Source: Lingula anatina
Lineage: Eukaryota > Animalia > Brachiopoda
Direction: 5' to 3'
Length of the DNA: 64,000 bases
Assembly: GCA_051362555.1 (NCBI GenBank)
Contig: CM120641.1
Coordinates: 46,878,401-46,942,400 of the forward strand
In this document: positions 42,144 through 53,500 of the stretch, one piece after another
Layout of the letters: each line of letters starts with the position of its first letter
Position numbering within the stretch: position 1 is the first letter of the stretch
The notes under the pieces: generated by a model
Databases searched by the model: none
What the model was told of the DNA's origin: nothing
The model's input: the letters and a program-made list of their open reading frames with translations, nothing else
Position numbers and translations under genes: made by a program

Positions 42144-45100
42144 AACCAACACAATCTCTAGATAGTCCTCACACTAGTAAAAGAAATCGTCTGTGGTGAT
42201 TTTATGCCAGTGCACTAGTGTTAATAAGGGTCTCGTGTTAACTATAAAACCTCAGACGCTGCGGTGGTATTCAGAACAGATTAAGGCATATTTCAATGGG
42301 GAATACCCGCTTTAAGGGTCTGCCGCTAGATGGCGTGGGGGTGAAAGCAGTCCTTCTTAAATCTCGCAGAATCTCGCTCACGGCTTTACACCAGAGTTTA
42401 ACATGGAGCGTGTGCACGCGTCGCTGACAGTGAACCAACTCAAACGCAATTTACTTGAATGTGGTGCCATAACATCTGGATGAAAATGTGAATTGACTGA
42501 AAGGTATGTGTTTTCTTTTCATTTAGTGCTTGAAAAACAAGAATGCTAACTATTTTCCTTGAAAAAAATCGAACATTAGTCGAGGTGTGTGTGTCAAATC
42601 TGACATGTTATGTACTAGTACATGTAGACTACTGTAGGTACGAGTAGGCCTACGCTCATATTTTGTTTTAGTAGCACGAAAGACGAAGATTTTTTATACT
42701 TAGTAAATGTACTTATTTTTTTCTTTATAAGGTTACCCAAAGAAGGCCCATATATTGGGGGCAAAGCCTGAAACTGTCGATTTCAGGACCCCAGGACAGC
42801 CAACTTCAAGAGCAGGATAAAATGATTACTTCAGGAATCTTACCCGTCACTTCACATCAGCGGCAAAGATTGATGTAGCCACCAGTTATGCCTACCCTAA
42901 AGCTGACTTACAGGCGGCTGTGATGGACAACAACTATTGCCAAGTGCCATGAAAACAATAATGCATGGATAGAGGGAATGATGTAAGTGAAAACAGAGGT
43001 CTAATATTAAGAATCAGGCCCAAATATGAGAAAGAATTATCAAACTAGGTGATGTGTGACATCATAGAAATATAAAATTGTATCTTAACTATTTAATGCT
43101 GTAACCATCTACCATGCTTTAATGGGATATGACTATTTCAGGTTGAGGAACAAACAGCGAAGGACACTGAGCATAGCAAGTTACAACAAGGAAAGAGCGC
43201 AATCTGACACAAGGAGAGACAATGGCGGATCACTGCTTCCAGATTTGGAGAGATAATGTCAGCTACAGAGAAGAAGTATATGAACAAACTGTATGAATAA
43301 TTGTTGTGTCCAAAACCATTGCAGACACATGACAGTTGGACCCGGACCCGATTTCCCCTTTTTGGAATGTGTACCTCATGCACGAATCTGGGCCTAAAGA
43401 AAACCCGCAAATACTATACTAAGTTAGAAGGCCAGATGTTCATTACAAATCGCCCATTCTGCTATTTTGCTGTGTTTACATTCAAAGATCTGTTTGTGGG
43501 GTTGATTCATTCTGACGCTGGATATTTTTCTACATGTATTTTGCCCAGGCTAACTTTTTTTAATGAAAAACACTATAGGAAGTATGTGTCAACCAGTTTA
43601 TAGAAAGTACCCCTGTATGAGATGGTTTTAGCTGCAATCATAATTTTGAAGTGCAATTTTAAAAAATGTTTTCACTAAAATGAAATAATTTGGTGGTGCT
43701 ATATTCTTTACAAAAAGTACTTATGTGTTTATGCTGTTTTTAATAATATTTAACTGTAATGAAAAAAAACCCATGATGCTATTTTGTAAAGTATTTTAGT
43801 GGGATGAAATAAATTGCTAGTTGTATTTACAGCAAATAATTTGGTTTTTCTGCTTTTTAAAGAATTTTCAAAGTGATGACATAATGTGGTGGTTCTATTC
43901 AAGTAAAATAATTCATAAGTACTATTTTGTAAAAAGGAACAAAAAACTGTTAATTTGTAAAATGTTTGCTTTCTTTAATTTTTATTTCTTAAACTGTTAC
44001 AAAAAGGTTTCCATACCTACAGTAATCCATTGGCTGAGAAATTGCAGCTATATATTCAGGAAAGTTATAGCACAAATAAATTATCTAAGTATTACATGGT
44101 TTCATGGTTTTTACTATGAATAATTATTTTGTTTAAATAAAATATTTGGTTTTGCTGCTTTTTAATGAATTTTCAGAGCGATGAAATAATATGGTGTTTC
44201 TACTCAAGTAAAACAATTCAGAAGTGCTATTTTGTAAAAAAAAGAACAAAAACTGTTCATTTATAAAATGTTTTCTTTCTTTAAATTTCATTTCTTAAAC
44301 TGTTACAAAAAGATTTCCAAACATGCATTATTCCATTGGCTGAGAAATTGCATCTATACATGAACAAATAAATTATCTAACTATACCTAGTTTTATGATT
44401 CTTACGAGGTACTGAATAATGATTTTAAATAAAAATAATTATTTAATTAACATTACCGGTCATGCTCAATACATCAATAAAAAAGGATATTACTTAATAA
44501 CACAACCTTATGCGGGTAGTAGGCTACCGGGACTTATACATATTTACTGACAACTCTTCTGAAATTACGGACATAAGAAAACGCACTTTGATAAATCATA
44601 CTTCCTAGGGGCACTTTCTTGCTATGGAGCTCTCTTTCCAAAACTTTATAAGTTTTGCCAAGATCAATTAACCTTTTTACGTGTATTCTTTTTGAGGCAA
44701 CTCGTCTATCTTTAGCCTTAGGGGCCTAATTACTGTTCCTGGGTCAAGTTGTAACTGACCCTTTAACATGGAAGGTGTGTTGACATGGGCAACCCTTCAC
44801 TTCAAACGAAGCCCTGAATCCTCAAGAAAATTATGCCCACCTTGCCGACTTTGACATTCAGGTACACAACAATACTGAGGCATGTTTATTAAGGCCAGTA
44901 CCACAGTCCAACGTATACAATATCCAACATGGCGACCTAGGAAGGACTGAATTCACACTAGCGACACCTGGCGCCAAGCGGGCTGGTATTCCCCATTAAA
45001 CACGCTCCTCACAGCATTACGGCGTTCAAATCTTATGCCTCTTCCGTTCTTGCAAATCATTCACATCTGAAGCGTTGCATGAAATGAAACGCAATCTTCT

Positions 45101-47793
45101 AATATGCAGAAGCCATACCCGAAACCCTCAAACCTGCTTGAGGGTTATCTTGCTCTCGTTTGTGGTACAAGAAATTCTGAAGTATCTTTGCGGTTTGCAA
45201 AGGTGCAGTGAGTCCTGGTGTCTACATGTATGAGTTTTAGGTTTTGATATTGTTACAGCTGTTTGATGTAGCTGTTTTTGTGAGGTTTTCTACTGTCATC
45301 CAAGTTCATAATGGTAACTTGAGCGCATTAGCTTCATTTTTTCACAAATCTCATAAAAAGTAATAATCATTTCTGGGGTAAAGTGGCAGCAAAGTTGTAC
45401 TTAACCTCTCGTTTAAAGCTACACGTATACGTTAAAAGAGAGCAGTAGCCATGATTATCGCGAATTCATAGTTACTACTGCTATCCAGTTATGCAAGATC
45501 GAAGTTTAAAAGTGGATAATAATTATTGCACTTCCAAGGAAATAACAGATATTCTAAGAGGTATTTGTGCTTAAGCGAAATATTAGTATTTGGTGATGTT
45601 TTCCTGCATAGTGGGTATTATCTATTTCAGGTCATTTACTGGGGTATTTGTGTGTATGCTTTTGGTTGTGTATTTCTTGTCCGCCAAACTATTGAATTGC
45701 AAGCGTGTTTAGAACATTCCATGCAAAAATTGCAATAAAGACGTGAATCTGAGGGAGTTTGGAAATTGGGGTTTTAAAACTTTTTGGCCCGAATAACCCT
45801 GATATTTTCACAGCTTCCTATTCATTTATCATATTTCTGATATCTTAAAAGAGAAGTTTTCATTGAGTTGCAGCGTATCGTATCCAATAAGTTAAGATGT
45901 GAGGTTTGCACAAATTTAAGACCCTCTTCTAGGTAGGGAAGTTTATATAGCCACCAGTATCAGAGTACAGCGGCTGACATACAGAATATTAACACTGCTG
46001 AAATATGTTTCATGAGCAATATTTTTGTCTGCTTCTGTTCATATAAAATGTAAGATAAAAGTCAGAACACCAGGGTGACTAACATCTGTAGAGAACATTA
46101 CGCTGGGAAGAGAGATAAAGAAGACACAGGGAGACAATTGTTCTGACAGAAACAGGAGAGGAAATCCACCGTGCTGGGATCAACACCAGATAGCACATGT
46201 GGGACTCACGGAGTGTCGGGAACTTTTCTCACTTTTTCCGTTCTTTCTGTGATCGGTCATCTAGTTCAAGGATATTGAAACCAGACGTTTCCGCTTACTT
46301 GGCCTACCTACTCGTCCCTTGCCTCCCCCTCTTACACCTCTTGAAAAACGAGCATCAATTAAAGAGAAAGACTACCGCGCTCAGACTCAAGTACTCTTCT
46401 GTTTAGAAACCGTGCCAGGGTTGTAAATTGACACCTCTTTTATTTCACATTATTATGCCTATCGTTAAGGCACGTGCACTTGAGGGACGTACTGTTTCTT
46501 AACGAGGTGGGATAGAAACCATTCTTGAGTTGCCTTTCTACTGTTATTATACAACCGCGTCTAACAGCCGGCCCTCGTATTTTACTAACATTTTTTCTCT
46601 TTTCTTTACAGTACAGAAATCGGGGAATAAACGAATATCAATACAGAAAGAAAAGTTATAGGCGAATGAAATACCTTTTACCAAGCTTATTCTCTACAAC
46701 CTTCTTACAACCTTACAAAAAAAAAAAAAAAAAAAAAAACGTTTATTGTATGGGGAATCGTCTTTATACAGATTCATCACTGCTTCGTTTTTGGTTTTCA
46801 TTATTTAAGACAATAATATGCATGGTTAAGAGGACGTGCCTGAACAGTCTGACGTGTTTTTGTAATGTGTAAGGCCTGCACAATGCCTAAACCGCAGGAA
46901 TTAGATAAAACACTTTAATTATAGCATATTTTAGAGTGCCATGTTTTTTTCTGGCGTGCTGGGGGAAGGGTGGGTAATTAAACGAATGTTTTTTTTTCGA
47001 AATTGACCACAGGTAAGATTGGTTATCTGTAGATTTGATCATGTTTTCCTCGTAATAAAACGCCGAAAAGGAGAAGATAGGGCGCGGTCTATGAACTTTA
47101 TAAGTCTGAAATAAGTCATTAATATCTTCTGAAATGTCCCTCAACTGAGCTATCAGATGGGCATGGGGTCTGAAATAAGCAATAACATTCTAAAACAGGC
47201 ATTCCAAGAAGCTTATCCCATCTCAGGTGTAAATGGGTATTATGGTCCAAGTAAGTTTTGGAAAATATAATAGGAAATACAACCTTAACTTGCAAAAAAT
47301 CCAAATACACAGAGTTGATAAACTTCAAGTGCCTGGAAAGGGAATACCAAGCTGACAGAGGTCCTAAGAGTGGTTGTGATGGGTAAGAAATAATAATAAT
47401 GAATGCAAATCAGTCTTTTTTTTCTTCAAAATGTACCATTATTTTATGGCAAGTATTCGATCTAGTTTTATATGAACTCGCAGTAATTTGTTAAGCCTGC
47501 ACGTTTACCACGCACCTGGTAGTAGATGGTTAAGATAACGGCGCCCGCTAACCGCATACCGCTCATATGCATCTACAGCTAAATGAGGAATTATCACCCC
47601 AGAAATGTTGTCTATTTTGTTGGGATTAATCGCCACTTATTTTGAACATATTCTCGGGCACTAGAGAACATTCCTGAGTTCACAGAGATATTTCTTGGTC
47701 TACCTGCGCCGGCAATAAATTGGTTTTTGACGTCTTCTGCGTACTCTTCTACTTTACAGTCGAATGCTCAGAGGTGCTTGTATGTAGAGTAGT

Positions 47794-47832
<39 letters not shown>

Positions 47833-49270
47833 AGGGGGTGGAGGGTGAGAGAGAGAGAGAGAGAGAGACAGAGAGAGACCCACACATGTTGTGTTTATTT
47901 ACAGTTGTATGTTATTTTAGCGCTCACGATAGTAATTACTTAAAGCCACTTTTTCCTATTCAGTTTAGTTTAACGTCCCAACATGTGGATTGGATTTCAA
48001 AATAGAGAGTAATGGGAGGATAATGTAACAGCTACCGAAGTGTAAACACAGTAGACTGTGATTTTCGGATTAACAGCATCTTTAAACCTGTCAAGTCGGC
48101 TTAGCAATTTAATCCTCAGGATACTTCCTTTAAAGCTGACAGCTATCTTCACAATGCCGATGAAACAACGGCAGTTTTTGTGTAACAGATTTTGGAATCT
48201 CGGCTGTCTGTGAAGAATAACAGACATGTGGCAACTGAAGCCATGTGCTGAAAACATGTTGTCCCGTGCCGGCTTCCCGCTTTTCTACATAGTTCTTATC
48301 TTTTAGAGACAATTTTAACAATTTTGATACATCGTAACATTTCTGTAGGTCAAAATTGTAAAATTAAGACTGCATACTGTTCTTTCAAACGATTAAATGA
48401 TTACCCTAATATTACAAAGATATATATCAATTCGAGGGTTTTTTGAAATGACAATGCAGCTGTACAGGACAGACCACCGGTCGAGATCGAAAGCAGTTTC
48501 TGAGGGTATCCACGCCTTTTTCCGCTCCATTTCTGCCAGCAAAAGTTTACAAGCTTAGCAGCTATCCTGTAAACACCTCAGTATCTGTGAACTGTCTTGT
48601 CTCTCAGTGTTAGACATTCACTTTTGCATTTAGAACATTCAAGCAGACAGTAACGGTTAAATAAACTGACCTTTCATTGAGAAGTGATTAAGGAAGCGCA
48701 CTGTTGCCATTGAGTTATTCCGCGGCATCATCAGCGACCAACGAAGCTTTAGCCTTATCTACATAAAACGCCCTAGCAATTACTTTCCAAGACCTTAAAG
48801 AATCTTGAAATGAGACGAAAAGAAAGGAAATACCTATAAATCAGCCATGGGAATGATTTTTTTGGGATTTCTGACGTTTTGGTAAAGAGTTAACATTTCG
48901 CATCATGTCAGCGGGTGCACGCACCCATACCTTTGTACAATTGCTTTCATGGAATATCATTTGAAAAATCTCTTCACCAGCTGCTGCTTTAAATGTCAAA
49001 CGTTAAAATAGTTATAAAAATTGTAATAAAAAAGAACGAAGTGAATATGAAACCCAGAAAGTAAATCAAACTTACAAAAATACTTCTGTGTCTTTTGTTG
49101 AAGAAACCGATATCGATATCAAGTGGGATCTCCTTGGAGCTAACATCATCTCCTTTCCTTAGTACTTTGTCTCCGTTGCTGGGACCAAACGGGTACAGAT
49201 CCTCTCTCGGAACTCCTAGAGACGCGGAGAAAGAGCAGAGAAACACAAGCAGAAGTTGCACGGTACCCAT
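24630..49270 (-). CDS. NID: Nidogen (entactin): signal peptide, NIDO, EGF, G2F, ~11 EGF/cbEGF, LDLR-B YWTD propeller, terminal EGF
   Basis: Exon 49076-49270 encodes a signal peptide plus LYPFG. NIDO exons: ~38688-38837 (VNSNGHLSF), ~38293-38437 ([11 protein letters not shown]), 37762-37970 ([11 protein letters not shown]), ~36936-37032. EGF ~36347-36490. G2F ~35882-36119 ([24 protein letters not shown]), ~35191-35392, ~34772-34987. EGFs at ~34337, 33893-34015, 32738-32869, ~31048, ~29929, ~29196-29533, ~28585-28735, ~28092, ~27773. YWTD region ~27380-27490, 27041-27163 (IYWTD), 26520-26693 (MYWSD), 26043-26207, 25450-25573, 25027-25146. Last coding exon ~24630-24763 ([21 protein letters not shown]). 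Intron 1 is ~10.2 kb. Confidence 0.95.
26861..27017. mobile_element. hAT-like MITE (CAGGGGCGGAT..ATCCGCCCCTG), copy 1
   Basis: TIRs caggggcggat / atccgcccctg. The interior is homologous to 50436-50589. Flanks tcttt / tattt give a 4/5 match to a 5-bp TSD. Confidence 0.85.
28051..28083. repeat. (TG)n microsatellite
   Basis: Directly visible, just downstream (transcript sense) of a nidogen donor site. Confidence 0.95.
30071..30142. repeat. AT-only (ATTAA)n-like low-complexity tract
   Basis: Directly visible, immediately upstream (transcript sense) of a nidogen acceptor. Confidence 0.85.
31589..31788. mobile_element. hAT-like MITE (CA[T/A]TGGCAGATCCAG TIR)
   Basis: TIRs cattggcagatccag / ctggatctgccattg, an internal poly-G, and flanks ctaca / ctaaa (4/5 match to a 5-bp TSD). 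Confidence 0.7.
32045..32315. mobile_element. Palindromic MITE
   Basis: TIRs caggtcttataaatg / catttatgagacctg (14/15), with degenerate internal symmetry (gcctcagatttg / aaatctaaggc; cataaaatt / aattttatg). Confidence 0.75.
34002..34131. repeat. 42-bp tandem triplication spanning a nidogen acceptor site
   Basis: The unit ~acactcatctatatctgaaatacataatagatattctta occurs 3 times, with AG dinucleotides at 34016-17, 34058-59 and 34100-01. Confidence 0.9.
37452..37751. mobile_element. Fold-back MITE with ~130-bp arms
   Basis: gatcgcattcacaacg.gttgagccaggctttacaaat..ggggactaaatatgg.gg.cgtacatgaaagaaaaa.cgcctaatcttttaatagtctctccgcctctcacac..gtcgtccc is mirrored at 37619-37751, with a ~33-nt spacer. 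Confidence 0.92.
38903..38947. repeat. (GA)n microsatellite
   Basis: Directly visible. Confidence 0.95.
42095..42141. repeat. (ATT)n microsatellite
   Basis: Directly visible. Confidence 0.95.
42403..43603 (+). pseudogene. SAP-domain / YqaJ (lambda exonuclease-like) pseudogene of the transposon
   Basis: 42403-42503 reads [33 protein letters not shown] (SAP-like, with a stop) followed by a GT donor. ~43140-43320 reads [23 protein letters not shown] (YqaJ N-terminal motif). 43390-43600 reads [43 protein letters not shown] (YqaJ C-terminal motif). Confidence 0.8.
43834..44380. repeat. ~305-bp AT-rich tandem duplication inside the transposon
   Basis: 43834-44090 is repeated with divergence at 44140-44380; both contain ttcttaaactgttacaaaaag and ccattggctgagaaattgca. 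Confidence 0.85.
44550..44883 (-). pseudogene. THAP + DDE transposase remnant (centre deleted)
   Basis: The ATG at 44883 gives [31 protein letters not shown] (THAP start). It is followed almost directly by a frameshifted [37 protein letters not shown], resembling the Harbinger/ISL2EU transposase C-terminal R-I-H-V-E-R motif. Confidence 0.78.
47797..47878. repeat. (GA)n microsatellite interrupted by a G-tract
   Basis: Directly visible; the central gggtgggagggggtggaggg is G4-capable. Confidence 0.9.
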
Positions 49271-49379
49271 CGTCGTTCTGAAGGCAATGTGCTGTGTTTC
49301 CTTCTTCGTGAAATGATACCGAAGAACCCCCCGCTTAAGAAGTGTAAAGCGCTGAGATTTAAGCAGATGGAGTTTTGCA

Positions 49380-49387
49380 TGACGTCA
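49380..49387. promoter_or_regulatory. Palindromic CRE (TGACGTCA) near the nidogen start
   Basis: A perfect CRE 110 nt upstream of the ATG; a second TGACGTCA lies at 50755-50762. Motif match only. Confidence 0.4.
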
Positions 49388-50435
49388 CTCAGTCTCCTGT
49401 CTGTCAATACTTAGCTGGCGGCGTGAACACCCTGTGCGTTCACACTACGCGTATAGTAGAAGGTATTCGGGGTACAGACATGCGTCAGGGTGTCTTTGAT
49501 TAATTTTATCGAACCGAATTAATTTTTTTTATCAAAGTGTGAAAAAGACTGAAGTTTTATTGAAGAAACAACCCAAGATTCGAACTGAGATTTTCATTAA
49601 TTTTATTTCGTTGCCTTTATTTTGCATCCGTCCTAAATGCGATGACACTATTGCATTCATCAGTGAACACAACCTTTTTTCTTGTAAATATTTTGACTTT
49701 ACAAAAATGTGAAATCAAAGCAATGCATTCCATCTTTTTCAATAACGAACTTTAACCTGCCCTTTTATTGTCCGCTGTATAGTTACTGTTCAGAGAAAGC
49801 CAAAATTTAAGAAAAAATCTGTTTTAATACTGTTGTTACCTCTGTCATATCCACCTATAAGAAAAGAAAATGCATGCTACAGGGTGCATTACCCACTTTA
49901 ACAAGAGATGCTGTAACATAATCTTAACATATTTTTGCAAAGGTGGATAACAATTACCTGTAATTAGGCAGCCAAAGGCAATATTTTAAGGGTGTTCCAC
50001 TGATGTAGGGCTACCTAAGATGCTTCAACAAGTGGGGGAGGAATCGATCATACATTTCAAATTTGAGATCTTAATTTTGCGCTGTTTTTTCTATAAGAAT
50101 GATTTAATTTCTAACAGACGTCAAGTAAAAACACATAAGCTGGGGTGCGTCTCTCGCATCCTTTGTTATCAGCTTAATTTAAAATATGTTTTTGCACAAC
50201 ATCTTAACAAGCTAGTCTGTTTTATGAACTGTTAGGAATTTCTTCATTTCATGGCCAATTAGAATGTGCGCTGGTATCTCTTTAATCTTCATCAGTGAGA
50301 TGGGGGTGGGGGGAGGGGGGGGTATCGGAGAGGTTGAGTGCAGAGCAAACTCAGCTTCTTGTTTGCACCCAAAAGTTAAAGAGTTGCGACCGTGCAAAGA
50401 CATATCAAAACATCTCCTCATATAGCTTTATAACG

Positions 50436-50589
50436 CAGGGGCGGATTCAGGCCGTCTTCTGGGTCTTCCGGAAGACGGTCAGATTTTCAAGTTTTCATTG
50501 ATGGATATCTAATTTTTTCTGTCGGAAGACGGTCAAAAATGCAGGCTAATTTGGAAAACTGTCAGAAAATATCTCTGGATCCGCCCCTG
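50436..50589. mobile_element. hAT-like MITE, copy 2, with perfect 5-bp TSD (TAACG)
   Basis: taacg|caggggcggattcag ... ctggatccgcccctg|taacg; homologous to 26861-27017. Confidence 0.9.
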
Positions 50590-53500
50590 TAACGTATAAT
50601 CACTTTCCTACCGGTACTTCATAAATTAATATATTTATTTACCTTTCATTCATTTATTCACTTACATACATAAGAATTAGACTACCATAGGCAGTCAACA
50701 ACTTCAACATTAAAAAACTGATACAGATAATTATTAAATAAGGGCCACGATTGATGACGTCAGAAAAAGACCGGTTTAGAACCGTTCTACCTCGTACGTG
50801 TAGACACACCCAACAACAGAATCGTTTAATTTCCAACCTGACATTTCCAAAGCTCAGCCAATGCCAGAAGCTCATGGTATAGTGATGATAACAGGAATAA
50901 TGCAGTAGACATTTCTTTACAGAAAAGGAGTAGATACTGCGATCATCTTTAGCCTATCAAACCCTGAGCTATCAACAGCAGACGTTGATCCACGAAGAGA
51001 TCCACTGTAGACACTTCGCTTTGGATAATTACTTAGAAAAACGAAGCGGTACCGACAGTGAAAACTGAGCAGAAAATGAGATGGAAACTAAGAGGATTTC
51101 GCAATAATCTTTTGATCTTATAAAAATTACCACAACAACAATGATAATAATAATATCAAATCAATTCAGTGCAGTTCTCAATTTTGTTCTTAAGTAATTT
51201 TCCGGCTCAATTACACCACTCAAACTGTTAAAACAGATGTATTTTGCATTTTGAAAGATTTTTGATACTTTTTATTGATGCCCTGAACGTAAAGTAATGA
51301 ACCCACAGGTAAAATACGTCCCCTATTTCACAGCGCACTAGCACATTATACCGGTAGTGAGTACCACAATCTGCTTACTCCTAGAACAAAAATGACAATA
51401 AGACAATGGCAGTGACTTATTCCCATCGACAAGTCTGTGGTTCAGAACAATATATCAGTCGGAAAATACAAATATATATGAATATAAAAATTAGTTATAA
51501 TAAAATATTTACAATAAGTTTATTTGAAACACCGCAACCAATAGTTTGAAGTTGTACAGATAAAAATTAGTTCAAATAAAAATTATAAAATAAAATATTT
51601 ACATAAAATTAACGATCAACTTTAAAACAAAATTGGATTCGAAATAAAACACAGACCTCTAAAAGTTGGCGAAAAGAAAGAAAGAAAGAAAAAAAAAAAA
51701 AACGGGAGAAAAGTGTTCCAGAAACGTGCATTCTTAAATTTTGGTACATATGGTAGTTTGATTGGTCATGTCTTAGCTTAGTACCTGCGTGAATAAATGC
51801 AATGATGTACAGTTAATTTAACCTGGAGAGTTGACTTTATCTTTTATGGGAAGAATATTTATTTTGCAAATTTGATAAGTAATTTCTAACTTTGTAGGTT
51901 GAGTAATTTGACAAACTTATGTATACATTAGCAGGAGCAGTAGACAAGACTTTTCTCACGTAATCAGAAACTGGTCAAATCGTGTGTAATGAATTAAACT
52001 CCAGGGTGATTTTGTATCTCCACTTGGTGTGTGTGTGTGTGTGTGTTAAATGAAGCCAAAGCTCAAAGCGATTACGATGTGTTAATCTTCAAAGAACACA
52101 TGCTTAGTAACTGATAGGTGCGCTGAAGGCATGCTGTTTCACATATGTACAATCTTTTAATGAATACTTGGATTAGAGTAATGAAGGTATTATGTTTAAT
52201 ACACAAGTATAATTATAATGACATGCCCACCTTGTTATAATTATCAGCTCAATTTTTTTGTTATTGAAATCGAACAAAAAACCAAATAACGAAAATCAAG
52301 ACAGAAATGTGCACTTCAGATAGAGTTGTCAACCATTTTCACTATGCTCCGATATCTAAACTCAATTTAGGAAAAAAGCTGGAATTCATTTAATTTCTCC
52401 ATATATACCCAGTATTTGTAAAATAAATATGCAAGTTTAAATTCGCTTTATATATTTATCAATTAATTTTAATGGATGTCGTTTTTTTATTGAAAAAATG
52501 GGGTTAAGGGAACTTTCCAAATGTTAGGCCTGTACGCAGCATTTCTGAACAGGCCTGTGAAGTCTGAACCGTTCTTTTTGATTTACAGCTGGGGTTATCG
52601 CCTTCGTTAACGCCATTCCTGGGATGTCTTTCCTCGCCGAAACCGCTATCAGCTTCGAGGAAACGCAGCGTTCAGGCTCTCACCTGATGAAGTCGGCTAA
52701 TGATCTCCGCTGAATGATCGGACAGCTGTTCTCCCTGCGTGGAGAGATGAGCCAGAATGCTCAGAGTTATGTCCGGGAGTATTACTACACATTCCGGTCA
52801 TTTAGACATCTCATAGGGGGATTTCTTTTCCTTGTAGTAGAATCTGGACAGTTATTTGGGAGAGATGAAAGTTGTAGAGATACAGGCGCACACAAGATAT
52901 GCATTTTAATAATGTTGTACACTGTATTATGTGGTGCTCTATTTATCCAGTTACTCTTTTTTTACGTAATAACATGAACCTGTAGTTAACACAAGAATAT
53001 TGAGTTAACTATGAATTATGTATAAACATACATATAAAAACTAATAGTGTGAAAACCCTGTAAAATGAACGTATGCACGTATGTACGTGTGTGCGTATTT
53101 TCGTGCACAATAGAGTATTATTCTTATCAAATATCAGTCTCAAAAGGACCGGTTTCTCTATGAATAAAACATTTCATATTTCGTTCCATACATCCATCTC
53201 AGGAGGCCCAGGTCAGCAACAAACGACCAAGCGATCAAGCAATTTGCCTTCAAATTAAAATTGATAATCGGAAACATTGCCGACTGATTTCAATTGGCGA
53301 TAGAAGCTGAGCGCTTGGGACTGGGATAGTGCTGGCATGGATGGAGAAATATGTGGGAATAAGAAGAGGTTAGGAAGGGGTGTCTTTTATCATATCATTA
53401 CATGTATGTATAATAATGGTACATTTCTATATATGTAATTTTGGTGCTATTCATCTATGTATTTTATTATTATTATCATCATTATTATTGTTGCTATTAT

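Larger units (their letters stand above)
42298..44994. mobile_element. Decayed, internally deleted ISL2EU-type (PIF/Harbinger-related) DNA transposon in nidogen intron 1
   Basis: TIRs ggggaatacc / ggtattcccc are flanked by a 2-bp AT TSD. It holds two convergent pseudo-ORFs: SAP + YqaJ-like exonuclease remnants on +, and THAP + transposase C-terminal remnants on -. Confidence 0.85.

Noticed and set aside
52630-52700. Hammerhead ribozyme (CGAAAC ... CTGATGA cores present)
   Set aside because: Stems I and II cannot be paired in register with the catalytic core, and stem III is imperfect.
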